DNA from: Clostridia bacterium
GTDB lineage: Bacteria; Bacillota; Clostridia; Christensenellales; Aristaeellaceae
Direction: 5' to 3'
Length of the DNA stretch: 27,430 nucleotides
Assembly: GCA_045639455.1 (NCBI GenBank)
Contig: JAZUDA010000045.1
Coordinates: forward strand, 1-27,430
A program made the position numbers and the translations under genes. Positions 1 through 7,838 of the stretch are shown here, piece after piece (the first letter of the stretch is position 1; every line of letters begins with the position of its first letter). Below the pieces are notes generated by a model. It was not told the DNA's origin. It did no database searches and was given only the letters and a program-made list of their open reading frames with translations.

Positions 1-1188
1 AACGAGCCGTTTCTGCCCCGTTTCGGCGGTCATTTTTCCTGCGAATGGACACCCGCGAAGGTGCTGCAAATTTATGAAGAGGACCGATTGTCCTTTGACG
101 CCGCCGATTTGTTCCTTGACCTTTGCGACTATATCACGGCACGTCTGACCGGAACCGTGACACGTTCCCGCAACAGTGCCTCCTTCAAGGGACTCTGGTC
201 ACCGGACGGGGGTGACCTTTCCGAGGATTATCTGAATGACGCGGCACCCGGCTTCGGCACCGCGTACCGGGAAAAGGTTCAGCAGGGGAAAGTAGTTCCC
301 GCCGGTGGGAAGAGCGGTACGCTCTCCGATAAAGCCGCCGCGTGGCTTGGCCTGCCGGCCGGCATCGCAGTATCCGGCGGCATGATGGATGGGCATGCGG
401 GCGTTGTCGGGCTTGGGTTGTCGAAACCCGGCGATATGGCCGTCATCATCGGCACCAGCAACGCCATTCCGTTCCTGTGCGACCGATACCTTGAGGTTCC
501 CGGCTTGTTCGGCATCGCAGACGGCGGCATTGTTCCCGGACTGACTGCCTACACCGCGGGGCAGATTGCCACCGGCGACATGCTTTCCTGGAGCGTGGAA
601 ACGCTTGCCCGTCCCGAAGATTACGCGGATGCTGAACGGGAAGGTATTTCCCTGCACACGCTTTTCGGACGTAGAGCTGAGGCGGATTGCCCCGAAAAAT
701 GCCCCTTGACCTGTCTCGATTGGTGGAACGGCAGCCGCTGTATTCTGTCCGACCCGGGATTGAGCGGCGTGATATGGGGATTGCGGCTGGATACGAAGCC
801 GCACACCGTCTACTGCGCCATGGTGCAAAGCATCGCCTGCGGCACCCGGATGATCATGGACCGTTTGGGTGAGTACGGCCTCGGTGTCGGCCGGGTGGTC
901 TGCTGCGGCGGTATTCCCATGAAGAATCCCTTCCTGATGCAGCAGTACGCTGAGCTGCTTGGGCGCGAGGTTTACGCCGCCACGGAAAGCGACTGCAGCG
1001 CCCTGGGCATGGCGGTATGCGCCGCCTGTGCCTCGGGTGTATACCCCAATCTCACGGAATGCATGGCACACATGAGCCATCATCAATATACCCTTTACTC
1101 CCCTACGCGGGATAAAGTCGCCAATTACGAGGCGCTGTATACCCGCTACCGGAAACTGTATTCTTTGCTGGGCAATGCCCGATTGTAA
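1..1188 (+). CDS. FGGY-family carbohydrate kinase, ribulokinase-like (5' partial)
   Basis: Frame 1 is open from base 1 (NEPFLPRFGGHFSCEWTPAKVLQ...), so the gene starts left of the window, not at 61. FGGY motifs: DLCDYITARLTG, GMMDGHAG, IIGTSN, DWWNGSRC, CCGGIPMKNPFLMQQYA, SALGMAVCAA. Confidence 0.85.
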   Translation, partial: NEPFLPRFGGHFSCEWTPAKVLQIYEEDRLSFDAADLFLDLCDYITARLTGTVTRSRNSASFKGLWSPDGGDLSEDYLNDAAPGFGTAYREKVQQGKVVPAGGKSGTLSDKAAAWLGLPAGIAVSGGMMDGHAGVVGLGLSKPGDMAVIIGTSNAIPFLCDRYLEVPGLFGIADGGIVPGLTAYTAGQIATGDMLSWSVETLARPEDYADAEREGISLHTLFGRRAEADCPEKCPLTCLDWWNGSRCILSDPGLSGVIWGLRLDTKPHTVYCAMVQSIACGTRMIMDRLGEYGLGVGRVVCCGGIPMKNPFLMQQYAELLGREVYAATESDCSALGMAVCAACASGVYPNLTECMAHMSHHQYTLYSPTRDKVANYEALYTRYRKLYSLLGNARL

Positions 1189-1200
1189 GGAGGAAATCCC

Positions 1201-2688
1201 ATGAGCAAAAAACCGAATGTCCTGTTTCTTCTGACTGATGACCAACGTTACGGCACCATCCACGCGTTGGGTAATGAGGAAATCAACACCCCCAACCTGG
1301 ACAAGCTGGTTCACCGCGGCACCAGCTTCATCAACGCGCACATTCCAGGCGGCACCATCAGCGCCGTCTGCATGCCCTCCCGCGCCATGCTCAACTCCTC
1401 CCGCACGCTGTTCCACCTGGAGGATTGCGGCAAGAACATCCCCGCGGGCGAGGTCACCATGGGTGAGAATTTCCTGAAGAACGGCTATCATTCCGCCGGC
1501 ATCGGCAAGTGGCACAACGGTGTGGCCAGCTATGCCCGCTCCTTTGATAACGGTGCCAATATTTTCTTCGGCGGCATGTGGGATCACTGGAACGTGCCGG
1601 TAAACGATTTCAAGCCGGACGGTCAGTACACCAAGGAAATCAAGTTCACCCCCAATTTCACCCAGAATGAGGATCCTGTTACCGTCCGTGCCGAACGGAT
1701 CAACGCGGGTGTCCATTCCACGGAACTGTTCACGGAATCCTGCGTGAAGTACATTGAGGAATACGATTCCGACAAGCCTTTCTTCGCCTATCTTTCCTTC
1801 CTTGCTCCCCACGACCCCCCCACCATGCCGGAAGAATTCAAGCACATGTATGACCCGGAGAAAATCACCCTGCCCCCCAACTTTATGGAAATGCCGGCGG
1901 TGACCTACGGCTGGGCCGCCAAGGGCCGTGACGAGAACACGGAAGCCTACCCGCGCCGCGCCGATAAAATCCGTCAGCATATCGCCGATTACTATGCCAT
2001 GATCAGCCACATTGATTGGAGCATCGGCAAGGTACTGGACGCGTTGGAGAAGAAGGGCATGATGGAGAACACCATCATCGTCATGTGCGGTGACAACGGT
2101 CTGGCCATCGGTCAGCACGGGCTCATGGGCAAGCAGAACCTGTATGAGCACTCCGTAAAGGTGCCGCTTGTCATGTGCGGCCCCGGAATCCCGCAGGATC
2201 AGATCAACAACCAATACGTATACCTGATGGATATCTACCCCACCCTGTGTGACCTGTGCGGCATCGATATTCCCGAATCCGTGGAGGGCATTTCCTTCGC
2301 GCCTATGTTCACCAAGCCGGATTATGTGACCCGTGAGGATCTGTACCTGGCCTTCCAGGCCCGCATCCGCGGCGTCATCTCCGGCAAGTACAAGCTGCTG
2401 GAGTACCGTACCGAGGACATCAAGCTGACCCAGCTGTTCAACCTGGAGGACGACCCTTGGGAACAGTACAACCTGTTTGACATGGCAGGCACGGACGAAA
2501 TCGTTGCCGAGCTGCGCAAAAAGCTGTTCGCGCTCCGCGACCAGTGGGACGATGAGGACATTCTGCTGGGCCAGCAGTATTGGCAGCAGTACCGCCAGTA
2601 CGAGGAGGCCGCCGTCCACGGTGTCGGCAAGCCCATGGGTGCGGACATGCATGCCCAGGTTAATTCCTGGGGAACGAACAAGAAGTAA
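1201..2688 (+). CDS. Sulfatase (Cys-type, formylglycine-dependent), cytoplasmic
   Basis: KPNVLFLLTDDQR N-terminus, CxPSR signature (VCMPSRAML), GKWH, APHDP, GDNG, GKQNLYE, LFNLEDDPWE. RBS AAGGAGG at 1187-1193. No signal peptide. Confidence 0.93.
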   Translation: MSKKPNVLFLLTDDQRYGTIHALGNEEINTPNLDKLVHRGTSFINAHIPGGTISAVCMPSRAMLNSSRTLFHLEDCGKNIPAGEVTMGENFLKNGYHSAGIGKWHNGVASYARSFDNGANIFFGGMWDHWNVPVNDFKPDGQYTKEIKFTPNFTQNEDPVTVRAERINAGVHSTELFTESCVKYIEEYDSDKPFFAYLSFLAPHDPPTMPEEFKHMYDPEKITLPPNFMEMPAVTYGWAAKGRDENTEAYPRRADKIRQHIADYYAMISHIDWSIGKVLDALEKKGMMENTIIVMCGDNGLAIGQHGLMGKQNLYEHSVKVPLVMCGPGIPQDQINNQYVYLMDIYPTLCDLCGIDIPESVEGISFAPMFTKPDYVTREDLYLAFQARIRGVISGKYKLLEYRTEDIKLTQLFNLEDDPWEQYNLFDMAGTDEIVAELRKKLFALRDQWDDEDILLGQQYWQQYRQYEEAAVHGVGKPMGADMHAQVNSWGTNKK

Positions 2689-2713
2689 TTTTCCATCTGC
2701 TACCCAATAATCA

Positions 2714-2843
2714 GGAGGTAGCAAGCGATGGCAAGAAAGAATATCGTACGAAGGATCTGTGCTTTGAGTACTACCGCAAATGCATGGATCACGCCATGCT
2801 GGTCAATAACGACACCGTAATGGGACGACACGGCAATTATTGA
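2714..2843 (+). pseudogene. Frameshifted, truncated gene stub (MARKNIV / TKDLCFEYYRKCMDHAMLVNNDTVMGRHGNY*)
   Basis: Strong RBS AGGAGG, then ATG at 2728. The in-frame ORF stops at 2820 (30 aa). A shifted frame from 2748 has host-like codon usage (AAG GAT CTG TGC TTT GAG TAC TAC CGC) and stops at 2841-2843. Confidence 0.4.
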
Positions 2844-2870
2844 TTTCTTCCCCGGCAATCGTGCTGTTTA

Positions 2871-2899
2871 TTGACATTTTCTGTCATGCGTGCTATAGT
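2871..2899 (+). promoter_or_regulatory. sigmaA promoter for the ABC cassette
   Basis: TTGACA (2871-2876), 17 bp spacer, TGc-TATAGT (extended -10, 2894-2899), about 90 bp upstream of the permease ATG. Confidence 0.8.
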
Positions 2900-2990
2900 A
2901 AATTTAAGTGAGAAGTGTTTGTCGCTACATTTTCGGTCACCGTACCGTGCGCCAATCGTTTGATTACAAAATATAGAAAAGAGGAGTAGT

Positions 2991-3956
2991 ATGAGTACAA
3001 GCGGAGCAGTAAGAAAGATTCCCTTGAAAAAGCGGATACACAACGGCCTTATCTATATTTACAAGCATCCGTTGCTGTATCTAATGATGATTCCGGGCCT
3101 TTTCTTCCTATTTTTGTACAAATTTTGGCCGCTCTACGGCATCCAGATGGCATTCCGAAAGTACAGCATCTATGCAGGGAACAATCCCATGGATTCCATC
3201 GCAAAAAGTCCCTGGGTTGGCATGAAATACTTCAACAAGCTATGGAATTCCTCGCAGTTCAGCCTGGTTCTCAAAAACACGCTGATTATCAACGGGCTGA
3301 AGATTCTTTTTCTCTTCCCGTTGCCGGTCATCTGTGCAATCATGCTGAATGAGGTGCGGAGTGTCAAGTACAAGAAGTTCCTGCAAACCTCAATCTATAT
3401 TCCGTATTTCTTCTCATGGGTTATGATTTTCGGTGTTTTCTATTCTCTGCTGGGCTCCTATGGCATGGTCAATGAACTCATTACCGCTCTCGGCGGAAAC
3501 AGAATCCGCTTCTTTACGGACACCAAGATGTTCCGTGGATTGCTTGTTTTTACGGAAGGTTGGCGCGAAGTCGGATATAATACAGTAATCTACTACGCCG
3601 CTATTGTCGGCATTGATACGACACTATATGAAGCAGCCAAGGTGGACGGCGCGAATAAATGGCAGCAGATTTGGCACGTGACTATTCCCGGTATCCTGCC
3701 TACCGTTGTCCTGATGCTAATTCTCAAGGTCGGTCACATTCTTGATACCGGCTTTGAGCAGGTTTTGGTGTTCTATAATGCAGCTGTCTACGATGTCGGT
3801 GATATCATCCAGACGTATGTCTATCGGTTGGGCATGGGCAAGATGGACTTCTCTCAAGCAACAGCCCTCGGCCTCTTCAACTCGGTCGTTGCCTTTATTT
3901 TGATTGTCGGTGCCAACACGGTCAGTCAGAAGACGCTGCACCGCAGCATCTGGTAA
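2991..3956 (+). CDS. Carbohydrate ABC transporter permease 1 (CUT1, LplB/YteP-like)
   Basis: YLMMIPG, PWVGMKYF, PYFFSWV, EAA loop LYEAAKVDGANKWQQIWHVTIP, DIIQTYVYRLG. RBS GAGGAG. Confidence 0.93.
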   Translation: MSTSGAVRKIPLKKRIHNGLIYIYKHPLLYLMMIPGLFFLFLYKFWPLYGIQMAFRKYSIYAGNNPMDSIAKSPWVGMKYFNKLWNSSQFSLVLKNTLIINGLKILFLFPLPVICAIMLNEVRSVKYKKFLQTSIYIPYFFSWVMIFGVFYSLLGSYGMVNELITALGGNRIRFFTDTKMFRGLLVFTEGWREVGYNTVIYYAAIVGIDTTLYEAAKVDGANKWQQIWHVTIPGILPTVVLMLILKVGHILDTGFEQVLVFYNAAVYDVGDIIQTYVYRLGMGKMDFSQATALGLFNSVVAFILIVGANTVSQKTLHRSIW

Positions 3957-3971
3957 GAACAGGAGGACCGT

Positions 3972-4892
3972 ATGAAAAAAGCAGAACAGCTCAATCGTAT
4001 TCCCCGCGATGGCAGTGAGAAGGTTGCTATCGCCATTTCAGAGATTACGCTTACCATTTTAGCGCTGGTTGCTATTCTTCCCTGTCTGAATCTGTTTTGT
4101 AAGGCAGTCAGTGAAGGTACTGCCGTCACATCAGGCCGGGTTTATTTCTGGCCCAACGGAGTGCAGACAGAAACCGTCAATTACGTTCTTACGGAAACCA
4201 GCTTCTTCAAATCGCTGAAGAATACCGTCATTATCACCGTTCTTGGAACGCTGATTTCCATGATTACTACCATCACCACCGCGTATCCTCTGTCCAAGCA
4301 GGAGTTGACAGGCCGCCGTTTCCTTACTCTGCTGTATGTGATTTCCATGGTATTCTTCGGGGGCATTGTTCCCGCGTACATGGTTGTTTCCACGCTGGGT
4401 TTGCTGGATACCTACTGGGCATGCATTCTTCCCTTCGCAATCGTGCAGTTCAATATGTTCATCGTCAAGAACTACTTTGAAGGGCTTCCCGGTGAAGTTA
4501 TTGAGTCGGCTGCTATTGACGGTGCCAATGATATTCGAACCTTGGTTTCAGTTGTTGTACCGATGTCCGTGCCCGTCATCGCGACCGTATCCCTCCTGTA
4601 TGCGGTAAACTACTGGAACAATTACTTCCACGCTATGATGTATACCACAAGCACCAGCATGAAAACCATGCAGTTGTACCTGTACGACATCATCAACAAC
4701 AGTCAGGCGTTTGCGGAGAACCTGTACGGAAACGGTGTCGGCGCAAATCAGGGTACCTTCTCCCTGAATATCACCACTGATGGCATGGTCGCCGCGGCTG
4801 TGGCACTTTCAATTATTCCTATCGTTCTGGCCTATCCTTTTGTGCAGCGCTTTATGGTCAAGGGTATTACCGTAGGCTCTGTAAAGGGTTGA
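3972..4892 (+). CDS. Carbohydrate ABC transporter permease 2 (CUT1, LplC/YtcP-like)
   Basis: TAYPLS, FFGGIVPAY, EAA loop IESAAIDGAND, YWNNYF, C-terminal YPFVQRFMVKGITVGSVKG. RBS AGGAGG. Confidence 0.93.
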   Translation: MKKAEQLNRIPRDGSEKVAIAISEITLTILALVAILPCLNLFCKAVSEGTAVTSGRVYFWPNGVQTETVNYVLTETSFFKSLKNTVIITVLGTLISMITTITTAYPLSKQELTGRRFLTLLYVISMVFFGGIVPAYMVVSTLGLLDTYWACILPFAIVQFNMFIVKNYFEGLPGEVIESAAIDGANDIRTLVSVVVPMSVPVIATVSLLYAVNYWNNYFHAMMYTTSTSMKTMQLYLYDIINNSQAFAENLYGNGVGANQGTFSLNITTDGMVAAAVALSIIPIVLAYPFVQRFMVKGITVGSVKG

Positions 4893-4901
4893 TTTCATTT
4901 G

Positions 4902-4936
4902 CTTATGTGCCGCGCAAGCGGCAAATAATACATAAG
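4902..4936 (+). other. Intercistronic stem-loop before the binding-protein gene
   Basis: CTTATGT-GCCGC-GCAA-GCGGC-AAATAAT-ACATAAG: a GNRA-capped stem whose outer 3' arm overlaps the AAGGAGG RBS. Confidence 0.6.
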
Positions 4937-4947
4937 GAGGTTCCCCT

Positions 4948-6456
4948 ATGAAGAAGATCCTGTCTTTGGTCCTGGCAATCGTGCTTGTGATGAGCCTGTT
5001 TGCCTCCGCCTCCGCCGAGCTGCTCGGGCCCGGCAACGTCACCCTGCACCGTCTGGGAGTTAACGTTGGCTTTGATCCCAACGATGACCTAAACGGTAAA
5101 AACATGCAGGAATACACTGGCTACACTGTAGAATACTATGTCCCTCCCGTCCAGGATGGCGACAACAAGATTCTGATGGACGTAGCCAGCAAGAATGCTC
5201 CCTACGACATCATGAAAGTCAGCCCCAATCTGTGGCGCACCCTGCTGGCTGCTGATCTGCTGATGCCCCTGGATGACCTGCTGAACGAATATGGCCAGAA
5301 CATCCTGGCCGGCGCCAGCCAGGAAGCCTGGGATGCCTGCAAGGCTGAAGACGGCAAGATTTATGGCATGCCCAGCATGTACCCCTACGACGAAGAAATC
5401 ACCACCTTCATGGCTGCCAGATGGGACCTGATGTCTGCCGCCGGTATTGAAAAGATTCCCGAGACCATCGATGAGTTCTATGATACACTGGTTGCTCTGA
5501 AGAAGTTCTACGGCGACGAGTACATCATTTTCTGCGGCCCCTATATGCCTGCCACCGAAGGCGGTACTTCTAACTGGGTTATCCCGAGAACCATCGCCTG
5601 CGCGTTCGGCATCTACAATGAGTGGATGGTTGACGACAACGGCAAGGTTATCTACATGACCGAAGCTGACGGCTTTGTCGACATGATTGAGTTCCTGTCC
5701 AAGCTGTACAACGAGGGCCTGATTGACCCCGACTGGGCCGTCAACAGCGACAGCGCCGTTAACGAGAAGTTCAGCTCCGGCAAGGCCATTATCGCCTGCT
5801 CCAACCGTTCCGGCGTAAACCTGACCACTCCCGCTCAGATGAGCCAGCTCGGCCTTGATTGGGACGACCTGTGCTACATCGGCGCTCTGAAGGGCACCAA
5901 GTACGAAACCAAGTACATGGAAACCGACTCCATCAGCGGCGTTGTTTGCATTCCCCGTTCCGCTGCGCATCCTGAGGATGCCGTCAATTACATCAAGCTG
6001 TGCATTGATAACCAGCTGGAACTGAACCTGGGTATCGAAGGCACTCACTGGTACTATGATGAGGCCGGTAAGTTCGTTCCCATCAATCCCATCTTCTCCA
6101 ACGAACGCGGCAACTCCTACTGGTACAACGACTCCCTGAACTACTTCGACTGGAAGATTCAGTGGCCGACCCGTATCCGTAAGAGCGATGCCCAGTGGGC
6201 CGCTTTCAACGCTGTAACCATCGAAGGCGACAAGAGCGTATTCGTAAAGAGCGAGTTCAAGTTCATGCCCGCTACCGAAGCCTATGCCGAGAACAACACC
6301 GCGCTGTTCAAGGCGATGCAGGACTTCATCCTTCAGGTTATGGCCGGTGCCCGCACTGTCAACGATCTGCCCGCCTTCCAGAAGGATTGGGCGAACGAGG
6401 GTGGCGAGGACGTTCGTGCCGAGCTGCAGGCCTACTATGATGGCCTGGCCAAGTAA
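4948..6456 (+). CDS. Extracellular solute-binding protein of the sugar ABC transporter (LplA-like)
   Basis: Signal peptide MKKILSLVLAIVLVMSLFASASA|E, then LLMPLDDLL, DGKIYGMP, RWDLMSAAGIEKIPETIDEFYDTLVALK, KLYNEGLIDPD. Adjacent to the permeases. Strongly biased, highly-expressed-type codon usage. Confidence 0.92.
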   Translation: MKKILSLVLAIVLVMSLFASASAELLGPGNVTLHRLGVNVGFDPNDDLNGKNMQEYTGYTVEYYVPPVQDGDNKILMDVASKNAPYDIMKVSPNLWRTLLAADLLMPLDDLLNEYGQNILAGASQEAWDACKAEDGKIYGMPSMYPYDEEITTFMAARWDLMSAAGIEKIPETIDEFYDTLVALKKFYGDEYIIFCGPYMPATEGGTSNWVIPRTIACAFGIYNEWMVDDNGKVIYMTEADGFVDMIEFLSKLYNEGLIDPDWAVNSDSAVNEKFSSGKAIIACSNRSGVNLTTPAQMSQLGLDWDDLCYIGALKGTKYETKYMETDSISGVVCIPRSAAHPEDAVNYIKLCIDNQLELNLGIEGTHWYYDEAGKFVPINPIFSNERGNSYWYNDSLNYFDWKIQWPTRIRKSDAQWAAFNAVTIEGDKSVFVKSEFKFMPATEAYAENNTALFKAMQDFILQVMAGARTVNDLPAFQKDWANEGGEDVRAELQAYYDGLAK

Positions 6457-6487
6457 TCCATATCTACACTGATTCCCATTCGGGGAT

Positions 6488-6520
6488 GGGGCGGCCGCGC
6501 ATGTGGCCGCCCCTTTTGTT
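6488..6520 (+). terminator. Rho-independent terminator
   Basis: GGGGCGGCCGC-GCAT-GTGGCCGCCCC followed by TTTTGTT. Confidence 0.85.
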
Positions 6521-6597
6521 ACCTCTTTTATACCGGTGTTCGGTTTGCGTTGACGCTGTTGGAGGAAAGACAGAGGAATAAAAAAACAGCATTCGAT

Positions 6598-6626
6598 TTT
6601 ACAAGGTGATGCTGTGGTGATATAAT
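6598..6626 (+). promoter_or_regulatory. sigmaA promoter for the CHR pair
   Basis: TTTACA, 17 bp spacer, TGa-TATAAT. Confidence 0.7.
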
Positions 6627-6693
6627 AGGCAGGTTGAGGTAAGGGAAATAAAAAAACACCTTCCCCTGCCGTCACATAAGAGAGGGGCACAGT

Positions 6694-7257
6694 ATGGAAA
6701 AAGGAAACCTTCCCCGGGCGTGGCATATTTTCAAAACATTCCTGAAATTCGGTTGTTTCACCTTCGGCGGCGGATGGAGCATAATCGCGCAGATTCAGAA
6801 AGAGTATGTAGAAAAACTGCACTGGATTACCGATGAGGAGCTGCTGGACTATACCTCGGTTGGGCGTTCCGTACCCGGGCTGATGGTCGGCAACGCCAGC
6901 CTGCTGTTCGGCTATCATGCAGCCGGTTTCCCTGGGGCGTTCGCCGCGCTGTTCGGCGTTACGATTCCGCCGTTTCTGATTATGATTGGGGTCACCTTTC
7001 TGTACGGGCTGGTAAAGGACAATCCGTATGTGGCAAAAGCCATGATGGGCGTCCGCGCCGCGGTGGTGCCCATCATCCTTAGTGCGCTGGTTAAGCTGTT
7101 CAAGTCCGGCATGAAGAATTGGTTCTGCTACTTGATTGCCATCGGTGCCATGGTGCTGTGTCTGTTCTCCGGCATCAGCAATGTGGTGATTGTGGTGATG
7201 GGTGCCGCCGCCGGTCTGGCATACATGGAGGTGAAGTCTCGTCATGGTTTATCTTGA
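6694..7257 (+). CDS. chrA: Short-chain chromate-ion (CHR) transporter, subunit 1
   Basis: FLKFGCFTFGGG, VEKLHWITDEE, GRSVPG, FGYHAAGFPGA. Overlaps the next gene by 14 bp. Confidence 0.9.
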   Translation: MEKGNLPRAWHIFKTFLKFGCFTFGGGWSIIAQIQKEYVEKLHWITDEELLDYTSVGRSVPGLMVGNASLLFGYHAAGFPGAFAALFGVTIPPFLIMIGVTFLYGLVKDNPYVAKAMMGVRAAVVPIILSALVKLFKSGMKNWFCYLIAIGAMVLCLFSGISNVVIVVMGAAAGLAYMEVKSRHGLS

Positions 7258-7783
7258 GTTGTTTCTATCCTTCCTGATGATCGGCTTCACCAGCTTCGGC
7301 GGAATGTCCATGATTCCTCTGATTAACGATGAAATGCTCTCCCACGGCTGGATGACCGCCCAGGAGGTGGCCGATATCGTGGCCATCGCGGAAATGACAC
7401 CCGGCCCGTTGGGGCTGAACTGCGCCACCTTTGCCGGTTCCCGTACCGCGGGCGTCCTGGGCGCTTTGGTTGCTTCCATCGGTGTGCTGGTGCCCACACT
7501 GACGGTATGCCTGGTGGCGGCGATTTTCCTGGAGAAATTCAAAGAAAGCCGGCTGATGAATCACGCGTTATTCGGCATCCGGCCCGTGTGCATCGGCATG
7601 ATTGCCGCCGTCATTGTCCAGCAGTGCATGACCAATTACGCCGGTGTCTGGCTGGGCTTTGTTTCCTGGCAGGCGCTGATTATCGGCGCGATATCGCTGT
7701 TTCTCCTCTTCAAGCTCAAGTGGAACGTACCCAAGACCATTTTGGTCGCGGCCGTTCTCGGGCTGATACTGGGATCAATCTGA
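7244..7783 (+). CDS. chrA: Short-chain chromate-ion (CHR) transporter, subunit 2
   Basis: FLMIGFTSFGG, HGWMTAQEVADIVAIAEMTPGPLGLNCATFAG, FGIRPVCIGMI. Confidence 0.9.
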   Translation: MVYLELFLSFLMIGFTSFGGMSMIPLINDEMLSHGWMTAQEVADIVAIAEMTPGPLGLNCATFAGSRTAGVLGALVASIGVLVPTLTVCLVAAIFLEKFKESRLMNHALFGIRPVCIGMIAAVIVQQCMTNYAGVWLGFVSWQALIIGAISLFLLFKLKWNVPKTILVAAVLGLILGSI

Positions 7784-7800
7784 TTTTTTCACAAGGCACA

Positions 7801-7837
7801 GAAAAGCCGGATGGCAGGCTCATCATCCGGCTTTTTC
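7801..7837. terminator. Bidirectional terminator between convergent CHR and WYL genes
   Basis: GAAAAGCCGGATG...CATCCGGCTTTTTC. Confidence 0.85.
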
Positions 7838-7838
7838 G

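Noticed and set aside
61-63. GTG start of the kinase given in the ORF track
   Set aside because: The frame is open to base 1 with FGGY-like sequence, so the true start is outside the window.
199-2724. 841-aa minus-strand ORF, plus 5089-7245, 9463-10848, 13297-14700, 14427-15458, 22167-23678 and 26174-27391
   Set aside because: Antisense shadows of well-supported genes, as expected with strong GC3 bias. No recognisable motifs or RBS.
2991-6456. Missing ATPase as a sign of a defective ABC system
   Set aside because: CUT1 importers in Bacillota commonly share an MsmX/MsiK-type ATPase encoded elsewhere.
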